NCBI RefSeq assembly: GCF_900105015.1
Contig: NZ_FNLK01000008.1
Location: 120,001 to 152,000, forward strand
Source: Schaalia meyeri
GTDB taxonomy: Bacteria; Actinomycetota; Actinomycetes; Actinomycetales; Actinomycetaceae
Length of the DNA stretch: 32,000 nt
Reading direction: 5' to 3'
Shown here: in pieces, positions 1 through 8,493 of the stretch
How the letters are laid out: each line of letters starts with the position of its first letter
How positions within the stretch are numbered: position 1 is the stretch's first letter
Position numbers and translations under genes: made by a program
The notes under the pieces: generated by a model
What the model saw: the letters and a program-made list of their open reading frames with translations, nothing else
The model's database searches: none
Told to the model about the DNA's origin: nothing

Positions 1-1
1 A

Positions 2-502
2 GCGGGCGACAAAGTACACGTCCTGGGAGTCGATTCCCGTGTGCGCGCACGCGTGTCGGGCGTGCGCGGCGCGAAGGTCATCGAGACTCTGGCCCACGCG
101 TTCATGGACATCTCACCGCGCCTGGACGTCACCGACTGGTCCGAGGTGACCCGTGCCGTTGAGCAAACCGTCCACCACTCGGCCTTCGTCGTGATCGCCA
201 CGAAGATCCCTCCCGCCGGCATGGACACCGAGTTCACCGACGCGCTGGCGCGCCTGAGCGAGCGCCACACGGTGCTCGTCGCCTCCGCGACGGACCCCGA
301 CGAGATACGCGCGCGTAACAACGTCGGCGACGCCGAGCAGGTGTTCCTGGCGGCATCAGCGGCGCTCGCGGAGCGCTCCGACGACGCCGGGGCGGCCGAC
401 GCCCGTCTTGCCGGCGCGCTGACGGTGCGCGCCTCGGCCGGCCTGCTTCCGGCGCGCACGGCAGACTATTACATCGACCTCAAAAAGAGCGGCCGCCTCT
501 AG
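2..502 (+). CDS. DUF58-like (vWA-fold, MoxR-associated) protein, C-terminal part; the 5' end lies upstream of the window
   Basis: Frame 2 is open from nt 2 to the stop at 500-502, so the listed ORF 41..502 is only its internal part. The C-terminal pattern 'HSAFVVIATKIPP...LSERHTVLVASATDPDE' resembles the C-terminal half of DUF58 proteins. It sits next to SpoIIM-like and RDD genes, as in the mycobacterial moxR-DUF58-spoIIM-RDD neighbourhood. The family call is from memory, not from a search. Confidence 0.5.
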   Translation, partial: AGDKVHVLGVDSRVRARVSGVRGAKVIETLAHAFMDISPRLDVTDWSEVTRAVEQTVHHSAFVVIATKIPPAGMDTEFTDALARLSERHTVLVASATDPDEIRARNNVGDAEQVFLAASAALAERSDDAGAADARLAGALTVRASAGLLPARTADYYIDLKKSGRL

Positions 503-547
503 GAGCACCGGCAAGAGCCCAGGCAATCCCCGACGCTGTCCGGGCGC

Positions 548-1540
548 TCAGCCGGCGACGGGTTGATAGTAGCCCGCGTCGATGCCGACGTCCGCGCTCT
601 CCTGCGCCCGATGCGCCCGGCTGCCGAGGATTAGGGTGTACGCCCACGTGGCCACGGTCAGGAGGGTGCCAAGAGTGATCTTGAGAGCATCAGGCAGCTC
701 GGAGGGCGTGACGAAGCCTTCGAGGAAGCCGGATCCTGCCAGAAGAATCGCGCACCCCACCGCCGCGGTTATGGAGGCGCGGGCGGCGCTGCCGACAGCC
801 TGGAAGCGGGTCGCCTCACCGGGGACCAGGAGCGCCCAGAACACCCGCAGGCCCGCCGCGAGCGACATGAATATAGCCGTCAGTTCGGGCAGCCCATGTG
901 GCAGGATGAAACGAAAGAAGTGCCAGGGACCCCCGTAGGCGATGACGATGCCCGCCACGTTGCCCAGCACCGTCGCGTTCTGCCACAGGAGCCAGAGGGG
1001 ATACACGCCCGTGATGCCCGTGGCCACCCCCTGCAGCGCGATCCACGAGTTGTTTGCCCACACAGACAGGCCAAACTCTGAGCGCGTGTCCTGGTGATAG
1101 TACTCCACGAAGGCGCTGTGGGCGTAGTTTCGCAGCTGCTCCGGCGTTCCCAGCGCGTTCATGGCGTCGGGTGTGGTCATCAGATAGTGCGCCTGGATCG
1201 CGCTGATCGCGATGAAGGCGGCCATGATGGCCAGGGTCACCCACCGGATCCGATACAGCGTGAGCGGCAGCGAGACCGCAAAAAACCGCGCGATGACGGC
1301 CCCCGTCAGCCCGCCTGTGCCCGCCAGGCGTCCGCGCGCGGCGGACAGGGTACGCGATAACTCCGCGATCACGTCGGGATCGGGACTCACGGTGCGCACG
1401 CGCGCCAGGTCCGTGGTGGCCACCCGGTAGAGGCGGTCGAGTTCGTCGATCTGTTCGCCGGTCAGTGACCGCTTGCGTGTCAGCTCGTTGAGCCGTTTCC
1501 ACTCCGCTTTTCCGCTCACCCGCAGCACGTCAATGTCCAT
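548..1540 (-). CDS. SpoIIM-like (DUF95) integral membrane protein
   Basis: A 330-aa ORF with an ATG at 1540. It has a soluble helical N-terminus (EWKRLNELTRKR...LDRLYRVATTDLARVR) followed by about 6 hydrophobic segments. This architecture is typical of actinobacterial 'stage II sporulation protein M' homologues. It is syntenic with the DUF58 and RDD genes. Confidence 0.65.
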   Translation of the reverse strand: MDIDVLRVSGKAEWKRLNELTRKRSLTGEQIDELDRLYRVATTDLARVRTVSPDPDVIAELSRTLSAARGRLAGTGGLTGAVIARFFAVSLPLTLYRIRWVTLAIMAAFIAISAIQAHYLMTTPDAMNALGTPEQLRNYAHSAFVEYYHQDTRSEFGLSVWANNSWIALQGVATGITGVYPLWLLWQNATVLGNVAGIVIAYGGPWHFFRFILPHGLPELTAIFMSLAAGLRVFWALLVPGEATRFQAVGSAARASITAAVGCAILLAGSGFLEGFVTPSELPDALKITLGTLLTVATWAYTLILGSRAHRAQESADVGIDAGYYQPVAG

Positions 1541-1549
1541 TGGACTAGC

Positions 1550-2392
1550 GTGTCACATATGAGCGCACCACGCAGTCACACAAATGATGTTCCAGGGGAC
1601 TACGTCCGCACCGGCGAGGCCGTATCCCTTGACATGACGCCGGCGTCTCCCCCGGAACGGCTCGCGGCGGCCTTCATGGACTGCACCACCTACCTCGGGG
1701 CTGCCCTGATCATCACGGTTATTGCCGCGCGAACCTGGTCGTCGGGTTCCGACTCGCTCGTGCGCGTGTTCTTTATCGGCGTGTTCTCCTCGGTCACGTT
1801 CTTCGCGCCTTTCGTCGTCGAGGTGGCCACGCGCGGACGATCTCTGGGGAAGTGGGCGATGAACCTGCGGGTCGTTCGCGACGACGGCGGAGCGATCACG
1901 GCGCGCCACAGCGCGGTTCGCGTCTCGACGGGCATCTTAGAAAACTGGCTGACCGCGGGGGGCATCGCCTGCGGCGCTGAGCTGATTAGCTCACAGGGCA
2001 AGCGCCTGGGAGACATGGCGGCGGGGACGATGGTGTGTTCTTTGGGCTCCGCTACGTTCTTCCCGCCCCTTGTGACGCCCCCCGGTCTCGAGGGGTGGGT
2101 GCGCACGGCCACGATCCTTCCCCTCGACAACGCTCTTGCCGCCGAAGCACGCGCGTTCTTAGGGGCGAACCGCTCCCTCAACAAGGATCTGCGGGCCCAG
2201 GTCGCCTTATCGCTGGCGGAGCGCTTATCGCGGCGCGTCCAGACTCCCCTGCCCGCGGGCCTCCCCCCAGAGATTGTGATTGCGGCGGTGATGGTGGCGC
2301 GCAGGAATCGGGAGTGGGAACGCGAAACGCGGCGCCGCGCGCACAGCAAGGCCCGTTTTCACGAAGCAACGCGGGCTCGTTTCGACCTCTAG
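1550..2392 (+). CDS. RDD family membrane protein
   Basis: A 280-aa ORF starting at GTG 1550 or ATG 1559. It has hydrophobic segments and the 'GRSLGKWAMNLRVVRDDGG' motif characteristic of RDD domains. It is divergent from the SpoIIM-like gene. Confidence 0.65.
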   Translation: MSHMSAPRSHTNDVPGDYVRTGEAVSLDMTPASPPERLAAAFMDCTTYLGAALIITVIAARTWSSGSDSLVRVFFIGVFSSVTFFAPFVVEVATRGRSLGKWAMNLRVVRDDGGAITARHSAVRVSTGILENWLTAGGIACGAELISSQGKRLGDMAAGTMVCSLGSATFFPPLVTPPGLEGWVRTATILPLDNALAAEARAFLGANRSLNKDLRAQVALSLAERLSRRVQTPLPAGLPPEIVIAAVMVARRNREWERETRRRAHSKARFHEATRARFDL

Positions 2393-2847
2393 GAGTTGCC
2401 CGTCGCCTCGTCGTCGGCGCCGCTCACGACGGTGAACTGCGCGCGCCTGCGCGCGTAGGGACTCGACGGGTCCAGGGGGCTGGTCGTGTCGGGGGTTCCC
2501 GCAAAGCGTGCGGGGCTAAAGGGACCGGCCTGCGCCTTGTGGGAGTCTGGGTTCGGGGACGGCGCTTCCTGAGCCTCTTCGGCAACCCTGCGCACGGCGT
2601 CAACGAGGGCGGCGAGATCGTCGCCCGACGGGGGCGCGGGCTCGAAGCTCGTCGCCAGGCGGACGACCTGCCAGCCGAGAGGGGCCGTCAGGTGTTGCGC
2701 ATGTTCGTCGCACAGATCGTAGGAGTTCGGGTCGGCGACGGTCGCGAGGGGGCCGACGACAACCGTCGAGTCGCGGTAATCGTACGTGAGGGTTGCGACG
2801 GCTGCCGTTGAACAGCCGGGCTTGGAGCAGTGTCGTTGGGCAATCAC
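2389..2847 (-). CDS. DUF3499 domain protein
   Basis: The motif 'RHCSKPGCSTAAVATLTYDYRDSTVVVGPL...YDLCDEHAQHLTAPLGWQVVRL' matches the Cys-rich N-terminal signature of DUF3499. The longest ORF reaches 2958 and would overlap the divergent neighbour. The GTG at 2847 gives the family-typical start just before the CxxxC region, but the start remains uncertain. Confidence 0.65.
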   Translation of the reverse strand: MIAQRHCSKPGCSTAAVATLTYDYRDSTVVVGPLATVADPNSYDLCDEHAQHLTAPLGWQVVRLATSFEPAPPSGDDLAALVDAVRRVAEEAQEAPSPNPDSHKAQAGPFSPARFAGTPDTTSPLDPSSPYARRRAQFTVVSGADDEATGNS

Positions 2848-2919
2848 GTCCCTAAGGGTACGACACTCTGCACCCGCATCGCGCGTTCCAACGCCCCTTG
2901 AGCCTAGGCTGAGGGGGTG

Positions 2920-3339
2920 ATGCACAAGCGCCGTCATGTATCGAGTCGCGACCGTCATGGTCGCGGTCCGCGCGGTCCCCTCTTTTTCCCGGGGACCCCA
3001 GCGTGGAGGACGCGGCGTGAGGACTTCGATCTGATGGTCGGCGAGCTGGTGGCGGGGATGATTCGCCGTTGGCCGCAGGTTGCCACGATCGAGTTCGCCG
3101 TGGAGGATGTTCCCCCCTCAGACCCCGCCCCGTGGGAGTCCCATAATGTCGTCGTCGCCCGGGTTTTTCCGGCGGATCGGCGCAGGGGGCTTCGGGATCG
3201 GATCGTGGTTTATCGCCTGCCGATCACCCAGCGTTGCCCGCCAGAGGAGGTGTCCGTCGTGACGCGCCGGGTGCTGGTGGAGCGGATCAGTCACATTCTG
3301 GCGCTGCCGCCGGACGAGATCGACGATGCGCTTCGCTGA
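2920..3339 (+). CDS. Small conserved actinobacterial protein (annotated in databases as metallopeptidase family, Rv3259-like)
   Basis: A 139-aa ORF with ATG 2920 preceded by GAGGGGG. The N-terminal 'RRHVSSRDRHGRGPRGPL' and 'IEFAVEDVPP' patterns and the divergent pairing with DUF3499 are as recalled for this conserved gene pair. The function call is weak. Confidence 0.45.
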   Translation: MHKRRHVSSRDRHGRGPRGPLFFPGTPAWRTRREDFDLMVGELVAGMIRRWPQVATIEFAVEDVPPSDPAPWESHNVVVARVFPADRRRGLRDRIVVYRLPITQRCPPEEVSVVTRRVLVERISHILALPPDEIDDALR

Positions 3340-3348
3340 GCGCGCGGT

Positions 3349-4878
3349 TTAGTTGGCGGTGCGAATGTCGCCGGTGGCGGCGCTGATGCCCTCGGTTCCG
3401 ACGTTCCACGTGGTGGTCATGGTGCCGACAGCGGTGTCGGCTGAGACCACGAGGGCCGCCTGAATCGGCGATTCCGCGTTGATCTGCACCGCAGCGTCGG
3501 GCGCCTCCACGAGGGTGGGGACACCGGGTGCGACGTGGATGGTCCGTCCCCCCACCCGAACGGTAACGGCTCCCGGAGTGGAGGGGGATGTGCCGCTTGA
3601 CTGAGCATCCTGGGCGGGGCCGGATTGCGGGGGCGCAGGCGAGGGGGACGCCCAGATGTCGGGGGTGGGGGTAGGGTCGCCGGACTGAGCGTTATTCCGC
3701 CGGTTTTGCTTTGCCGAGACACCGGAAGTATCGGCGGGAACGTAGAGCAGGAGGCTCGCGCGAACGGTGCTCACCCCGGAGTCGGTGGCGAGGGAGGTGG
3801 CGCGTATCGGAGTCGAGGACAGCACGCGGGTGGCCATCTCCTTGAGCTGGGTGCGACCCGGAATCATCGCCTCCGTCAGGGGGGTCGAGGGGGTCGCGTT
3901 GGAGCGCATGATCCAGGCACTGGCGCGCTCGGCCCAGGGGGCGCCCAGGGTGATCGTCGTCGTCTGGGCGACGACCTCGCGATCGGATGTGACGATGAGG
4001 GCGATCGGGGTCGAGTCGCTCGAGGCGCCGTCCAGGGGCATTTCGAGGGTGGTTCCCTCCGCCACGGTCGCCTCTGCGCCGGGCAGCGCCCGCACGCCCG
4101 CTGAGTCCGCGACCGATACGCTGACGTGGGCGTCACCCGAGGGCGAGATGAGGCGCAGCAAGGAGGTTCCCCGCGGGTCCACCCCGAGGATGGTCTGGCT
4201 GGTCGCGGGCACCACCGCCGGGGCGAGCGTCGTTCCCTGGGGAACCTCGCCGTTCATCAGGGAAGCCTGTGCCCACGCGGCAACGCCTCCGCCGTCGGCG
4301 CGCACGTGCACGGCGAGGGCCGTTTCGTCCGGGAACCATCCGGCGAGCAGGACAGATGCGGATGAGGACGCCGGGACGGTCACCTGGCGCGGGGCCGCGT
4401 TGAGGGGCCCCGACGAGCCGTATCCGTCGACGCTGACGACGGAGGCCGTGGGTCCGGGGTTAGACAGGACCAGAACCATGTCGGCGCCGGAGGTGGTCGC
4501 GCCCGTTGCAATCCACTGGGAGGTGCGGGGGGCTGCACACCCGACCGCGCTGAGTCCGGCGAGCTCGCCGCCCCCCTGTCCAGCGAGTGTCAGCGCGCTC
4601 GGGATGACGCCTCCGTGCCCCGTCAGGCTGAAGGGAGCGGGGGTCGGGGCGGCGTCCAGTGAGGACCAGGTGGAGGCTGCGGCGACGTTGCTCGTATCGA
4701 AGGGGTCAACGATTCCAGACGGGCAGGCCAACTGGACCTGGGAGGGGTGGGCGCTCTGCGCGGTTCCGCCCACCGTTGAGGGAGCGGGACCAACCCACAG
4801 GGACGCCACCGCCATGACCGCCACCGCGCACCCGGCGCCCGCGGTGGTCATCAGGGAGCGGATCCTGGGGGGTATCAT
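3349..4878 (-). CDS. DUF5719-like secreted or membrane-anchored protein
   Basis: ATG 4878 is preceded by GAGGAGGAAGAG and overlaps the stop of the upstream GT2 gene (ATGA). An N-terminal hydrophobic anchor (MTTAGAGCAVAVMAVASLWVG) is followed by an Ala/Ser/Thr/Val-rich, beta-rich body and a Pro/Ser/Thr-rich stretch near the C-terminus. Its position downstream of the whiB-linked giant GT2 is typical of DUF5719. Confidence 0.55.
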   Translation of the reverse strand: MIPPRIRSLMTTAGAGCAVAVMAVASLWVGPAPSTVGGTAQSAHPSQVQLACPSGIVDPFDTSNVAAASTWSSLDAAPTPAPFSLTGHGGVIPSALTLAGQGGGELAGLSAVGCAAPRTSQWIATGATTSGADMVLVLSNPGPTASVVSVDGYGSSGPLNAAPRQVTVPASSSASVLLAGWFPDETALAVHVRADGGGVAAWAQASLMNGEVPQGTTLAPAVVPATSQTILGVDPRGTSLLRLISPSGDAHVSVSVADSAGVRALPGAEATVAEGTTLEMPLDGASSDSTPIALIVTSDREVVAQTTTITLGAPWAERASAWIMRSNATPSTPLTEAMIPGRTQLKEMATRVLSSTPIRATSLATDSGVSTVRASLLLYVPADTSGVSAKQNRRNNAQSGDPTPTPDIWASPSPAPPQSGPAQDAQSSGTSPSTPGAVTVRVGGRTIHVAPGVPTLVEAPDAAVQINAESPIQAALVVSADTAVGTMTTTWNVGTEGISAATGDIRTAN

Positions 4879-7800
4879 CTCTTCCTCCTCGATAGGGCGC
4901 TGGCCGTGGCGACGACCAGGCAGATGCCCGCGCCGATTCGCCAGGGAATGGTCCACCAGGGGCTGTATGTGACGCTCAGGTGTCCCGCCGTTGGCATGTC
5001 GAACGCCTGTGACCAGCCATCCGCCGCCTTGACGGCGGACAGTTCAACGCCGTCGACCGACGCGCGCCATCCGGAGCTGGCCCTCTCCGCGAGGATGAGG
5101 GTGCCGCTCGCGTTGACCTCGCCGTCAACGCGCAGCTGCGAGGAACCGACGGGGCTCGAAACGCCGCTGGGGGATTCGACCCGCACGAGGGAGGGCGCGA
5201 CCCCTTCGGGACGAACGCGCCACACGGTACCGGAATTGGTCTCGCCCACCTTCTCCAGTCCCGCCGCCCGGTCCAGGCCCGCGGCGAGGGCCTGCGCGCC
5301 GCTGGCTCCGAGGGGGACGAGGATTGTGTCGACGCCGTGGGCGGCCAGGGTCGCCACGGTCGTGTCGTCGGGGTAGACCACCAGCGTGTAGGCTGCCTGC
5401 GCCAGCGAGGCTGTGGCGGGGTCACTCAGGGACCCGCTGGCCGCACCTGCGCGCGCTTGGGCGAGGGAGCGCGCGCGGGTCGCGGGTGAAGAATCGGTCA
5501 GGCTGACGCCCGTCCCGCGCCACAGGGCAGCATTGACGGTGCCGGTCGTCGGATCGCCGTCGAGAACGAGGACGCGTCCGGCTCGCTGCGAGCGCTGCGC
5601 CTGGGCGGCTACGGCGGAAATGATGGGGGAGGATATCGGCGAAACCGTCTCGCGCTGGGACAGGGTGTAGGTCGGGGTGGATGAGGCATCGGCGCGCGCA
5701 GCGATAGCGGAGGCAGCTGCGGCCGAGCCCGCGCCGACGAGGGTGACGGCAGCCAGGGTGGCGCACGCGCGCAGCACGAGGGGGCGCGAAGCGTCCCAGG
5801 CAAGGGGCTGGCCGGTTGCCTCCGCGCGCGCGAACCGCGTGAGGGTGAGGTTCGAAGACAAAGCGAGCAGGAGCCCGAAGGACAGGGACAGGGCGGGGGA
5901 GGTCCACGCGGAAGCGATGTATGTGCCGTGAAGCCCCACTGCGACGTGTGAGCCCGCCCAGCCGAGCGCGGCCGCGATGAGGGCGCGGCAATAGGCCGCA
6001 AAAACGGCGCGCGACCGACGCTGCACGAGCGCGATGGTCGCCAGCACCGCCACCGCGGCGCCTACGCCGCCGAGCGCAATCCCCTCCTGCAGGGACGAAG
6101 GCGCCGCTGGCATGCCCAGGATAGCGAGCCAGGAGGGCGCGCGCGTGTAGGCGTGCACTCCCCCGGCGGTGGAGGCCAGGGCGACCCAGGAGGCGGGACG
6201 TACCAGGATCGAGACATAGGTGGGGGCAAGCAGGACGGCCGCGGGCAACGCCACGACGAGGCGGCGCCTGGAGGACCACGCCAGCACAGCAGCGCCGACC
6301 GGCAGCGTCCACGGCGCGCAGCACGCCAGGACGAGGAGGGCCAGCGATGCGCAGCCTGCGTTGATGGCGCGCGGGCGCAGCGGCGCGGGCGTGACGCCGG
6401 AGGCGCCGGCGACGAGCAGCGGGCCGGGAGAACGCAGGCAATGCGCCGCAAAGATCGGCAGTGCGCAGTGAGCGAGGGTGCCCGCGAGGACGCCGTGGGT
6501 GGCGCTCATCATGAGCGCGGGGCCGAGCGACCACGCCAGGGACAGGAGGAAACGGGCGGGCAGGGACGAGGTCAGGGTCCGAGAGGGGATCCATGCGGCC
6601 ATCGCCGCGATGGGGCCAGAGGCGAGAAGCAGGAATGTCGCCAGAGCCCCCGGAGTGACGCCCAGGGGGACGACCGGCGCGCTCAGGAGGGCCATGAGGA
6701 TGGTCAGGGGGTCGGCGCCGCCGGCGTATCCGTCGCCGCCGGGGATCCAGGCGGACCAGGCGGCGCTCCACAGCTCGATCCACGTGGGAGGCAGATACGC
6801 CCATGCCCCACCAACGAGTCCCCCCGACGCGCCCCACCACTGCAACAGGGCGATGAGGCAGGTCGCGGCGAGCAGGCTCAGGCCCGTGGACGCGCAACGG
6901 ATCCGGTAGCGCCGCATCGAGGAGCAGGCGAGCGGATCGATACGTTCTCCGCGGTCGTCTTCATCCGCTCCGGCGGGCTTTGCGCGCAGGGACGAGGGGG
7001 CGGTTTCCAGGGAGCGCAGGGAGGAGCGCGGCACGACGCGGGATTTGGCAGCCCGAGCGCGCCCGAGGAGCAGGCGCGGTGCGGCGCCGATCAGGGACAG
7101 GAGCGCGCCGAACTCGGGGAGAGCCAGGGACACGCGGCCCGTCAGGATTCGCCCGAGGGCGCGGGCGGGGGTCCACACCAGGAGCCACAGCGCCAGGAGC
7201 GGGAGGAGGAGCGCGGGCACGGCCTTGCACCAGTTGTACAGCTGCGCATAGCGTCGCCTGCGGAAGGATCCGTCGGCGGCCGACTCGGGATCCGAGGGGA
7301 CCGCAGCGGTATCGATGTGGATGTCGGGGTAGAGGGAGGCGCGGGCGTGGCGCACGCGCGCGCGGGGGGCAACGACGACGCGGTAGCCGGCCAGGTGAAG
7401 GCGGCGCCCCATGTCGAGGCCGTCGCCGAAGGGACCCAGCGCGGGGTCGAAGCCCCCGACGGCCTCGTAGGCGTCGGCGCGCAGGAGGAGGCCGACGGTT
7501 CCGGCTCCCAGGACGTCGCTCGTGCCGTCGTACTGGCCCTGGTCGATGTCCCCCTCGCCGACGCATTCGAGTCTGCGGGCGCTGGCCGTCGCGAAGATTC
7601 CCAGTTCAAGGAGGCGGCTGCCGTCCCAGCTGAGCTGCTTGACGCCGACGGCCCCCACCGTTTTGCTGATGGCCGCGACCCTGGTGAGTTCGCTGAGGCA
7701 CCGGGGTTCGGGCGCGCAGTCGTCGTGCAGGATCCACCACCACTGCTGCGAGGCGAAGGGGGCGCCTTGGGCGCGCGCGCGCCGGATGGCGTCGCCGAGG

Positions 7801-8009
7801 TTGCGCGCACGCCCGACGCGCACGAGCTCCGCGCCTTCGGGCACTCGATCGGCCGGGAAAGGGGTTACGTGACGCCCCGCGACGTCAACGATGGTAAGGG
7901 AGTGTGGGGCCACCGTTTGTTCCTCGATGGCCCGCATAACGGACTGTGTGAGCGGCGCTTCTCCCCGCGTGACCAGGATTGCGCCGACCGTGCGCTGCGT
8001 AGGACTCAA
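4875..8009 (-). CDS. Large GT2 glycosyltransferase fused to a polytopic membrane domain and a C-terminal extracytoplasmic domain
   Basis: A 1044-aa ORF. The N-terminal roughly 235 aa show a GT-A/GT2 pattern (VGAILVTRGE..., WWWILHDDCAP, GAGTVGLLLRADAYEAVGGFD). More than 10 hydrophobic segments follow, then a soluble domain and a terminal TM segment. The only start upstream of beta-strand 1 is TTG 8009, which overlaps the whiB stop. Confidence 0.8.
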   Translation of the reverse strand: MSPTQRTVGAILVTRGEAPLTQSVMRAIEEQTVAPHSLTIVDVAGRHVTPFPADRVPEGAELVRVGRARNLGDAIRRARAQGAPFASQQWWWILHDDCAPEPRCLSELTRVAAISKTVGAVGVKQLSWDGSRLLELGIFATASARRLECVGEGDIDQGQYDGTSDVLGAGTVGLLLRADAYEAVGGFDPALGPFGDGLDMGRRLHLAGYRVVVAPRARVRHARASLYPDIHIDTAAVPSDPESAADGSFRRRRYAQLYNWCKAVPALLLPLLALWLLVWTPARALGRILTGRVSLALPEFGALLSLIGAAPRLLLGRARAAKSRVVPRSSLRSLETAPSSLRAKPAGADEDDRGERIDPLACSSMRRYRIRCASTGLSLLAATCLIALLQWWGASGGLVGGAWAYLPPTWIELWSAAWSAWIPGGDGYAGGADPLTILMALLSAPVVPLGVTPGALATFLLLASGPIAAMAAWIPSRTLTSSLPARFLLSLAWSLGPALMMSATHGVLAGTLAHCALPIFAAHCLRSPGPLLVAGASGVTPAPLRPRAINAGCASLALLVLACCAPWTLPVGAAVLAWSSRRRLVVALPAAVLLAPTYVSILVRPASWVALASTAGGVHAYTRAPSWLAILGMPAAPSSLQEGIALGGVGAAVAVLATIALVQRRSRAVFAAYCRALIAAALGWAGSHVAVGLHGTYIASAWTSPALSLSFGLLLALSSNLTLTRFARAEATGQPLAWDASRPLVLRACATLAAVTLVGAGSAAAASAIAARADASSTPTYTLSQRETVSPISSPIISAVAAQAQRSQRAGRVLVLDGDPTTGTVNAALWRGTGVSLTDSSPATRARSLAQARAGAASGSLSDPATASLAQAAYTLVVYPDDTTVATLAAHGVDTILVPLGASGAQALAAGLDRAAGLEKVGETNSGTVWRVRPEGVAPSLVRVESPSGVSSPVGSSQLRVDGEVNASGTLILAERASSGWRASVDGVELSAVKAADGWSQAFDMPTAGHLSVTYSPWWTIPWRIGAGICLVVATASALSRRKR

Positions 8010-8302
8010 CCGGCCATACGGCGCAGGCGCCGCCTCTCACGTTCGGACATGCCACCCCAGATACCAAAGCGCTCGTCGTGAGCCAACGCGTATTCGAGGC
8101 ACTCTGCACGCACCTGGCAGGACTGGCAGACAGCCTTGGCCTCGCGCGTCGAACCGCCCTTTTCGGGGAAGAATGCCTCAGGATCCGTCTGGGCACACAG
8201 CGCGTGCTGCTGCCACGCCAGAGGGCCGTCAATGCGCGCATACAGCGCCGCGTCGGCGTCCTCGGACCACTCAACGGGCCCGTCACCGAAGATGTTCCAC
8301 AT
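8006..8302 (-). CDS. whiB: WhiB-family Fe-S transcription factor (WhiB/WhiB2/WhmD orthologue type)
   Basis: 'ALCAQTDPEAFFPEKGGSTREAKAVCQSCQVRAECLEYALAHDERFGIWGGMSERERRRL' carries the four conserved Cys, the GIWGG turn and the basic tail. It is near-identical in pattern to Streptomyces WhiB. AAGGAGG lies 7 nt upstream of ATG 8302. Confidence 0.92.
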   Translation of the reverse strand: MWNIFGDGPVEWSEDADAALYARIDGPLAWQQHALCAQTDPEAFFPEKGGSTREAKAVCQSCQVRAECLEYALAHDERFGIWGGMSERERRRLRRMAG

Positions 8303-8458
8303 TGCGGAGCCTCCTTATAACGAATCGATCAATAAGAGAATTACACGCGTGTCGTTGCTGGAAGTCAAGCGCATTCACGATAGTGAGACCTTTCCCGTTC
8401 CGCTTGACCCGACGGTAAAACAGTGCAGCATCCCGAAAGCTTCACAGTTACTAAGTAC

Positions 8459-8486
8459 TTGGAGGGCATGACACCTCCGATATACT
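8459..8486 (+). promoter_or_regulatory. Candidate promoter giving a leaderless transcript for the TIGR03089-like gene
   Basis: TTGGAG (8459-8464), a 16-nt spacer and TATACT (8481-8486) are present. The -10 ends 7 nt before ATG 8494 and no SD is present. Confidence 0.25.
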
Positions 8487-8493
8487 TGAAACC

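Noticed and set aside
3767-4972. A 401-aa plus-strand ORF antisense to the DUF5719 gene
   Set aside because: This is the same high-GC artefact pattern. The minus-strand frame has a strong SD, translational coupling to the upstream gene and a signal-anchor.
5422-8081. Long alternative or antisense ORFs over the giant GT2 gene (5422..6897 minus, 491 aa; 6153..8081 plus, 642 aa; and others)
   Set aside because: They are extremely Arg/Pro/Gly-rich, low-complexity translations. They overlap a frame that encodes a coherent GT2 domain plus TM segments. There is no SD or start context supporting them.
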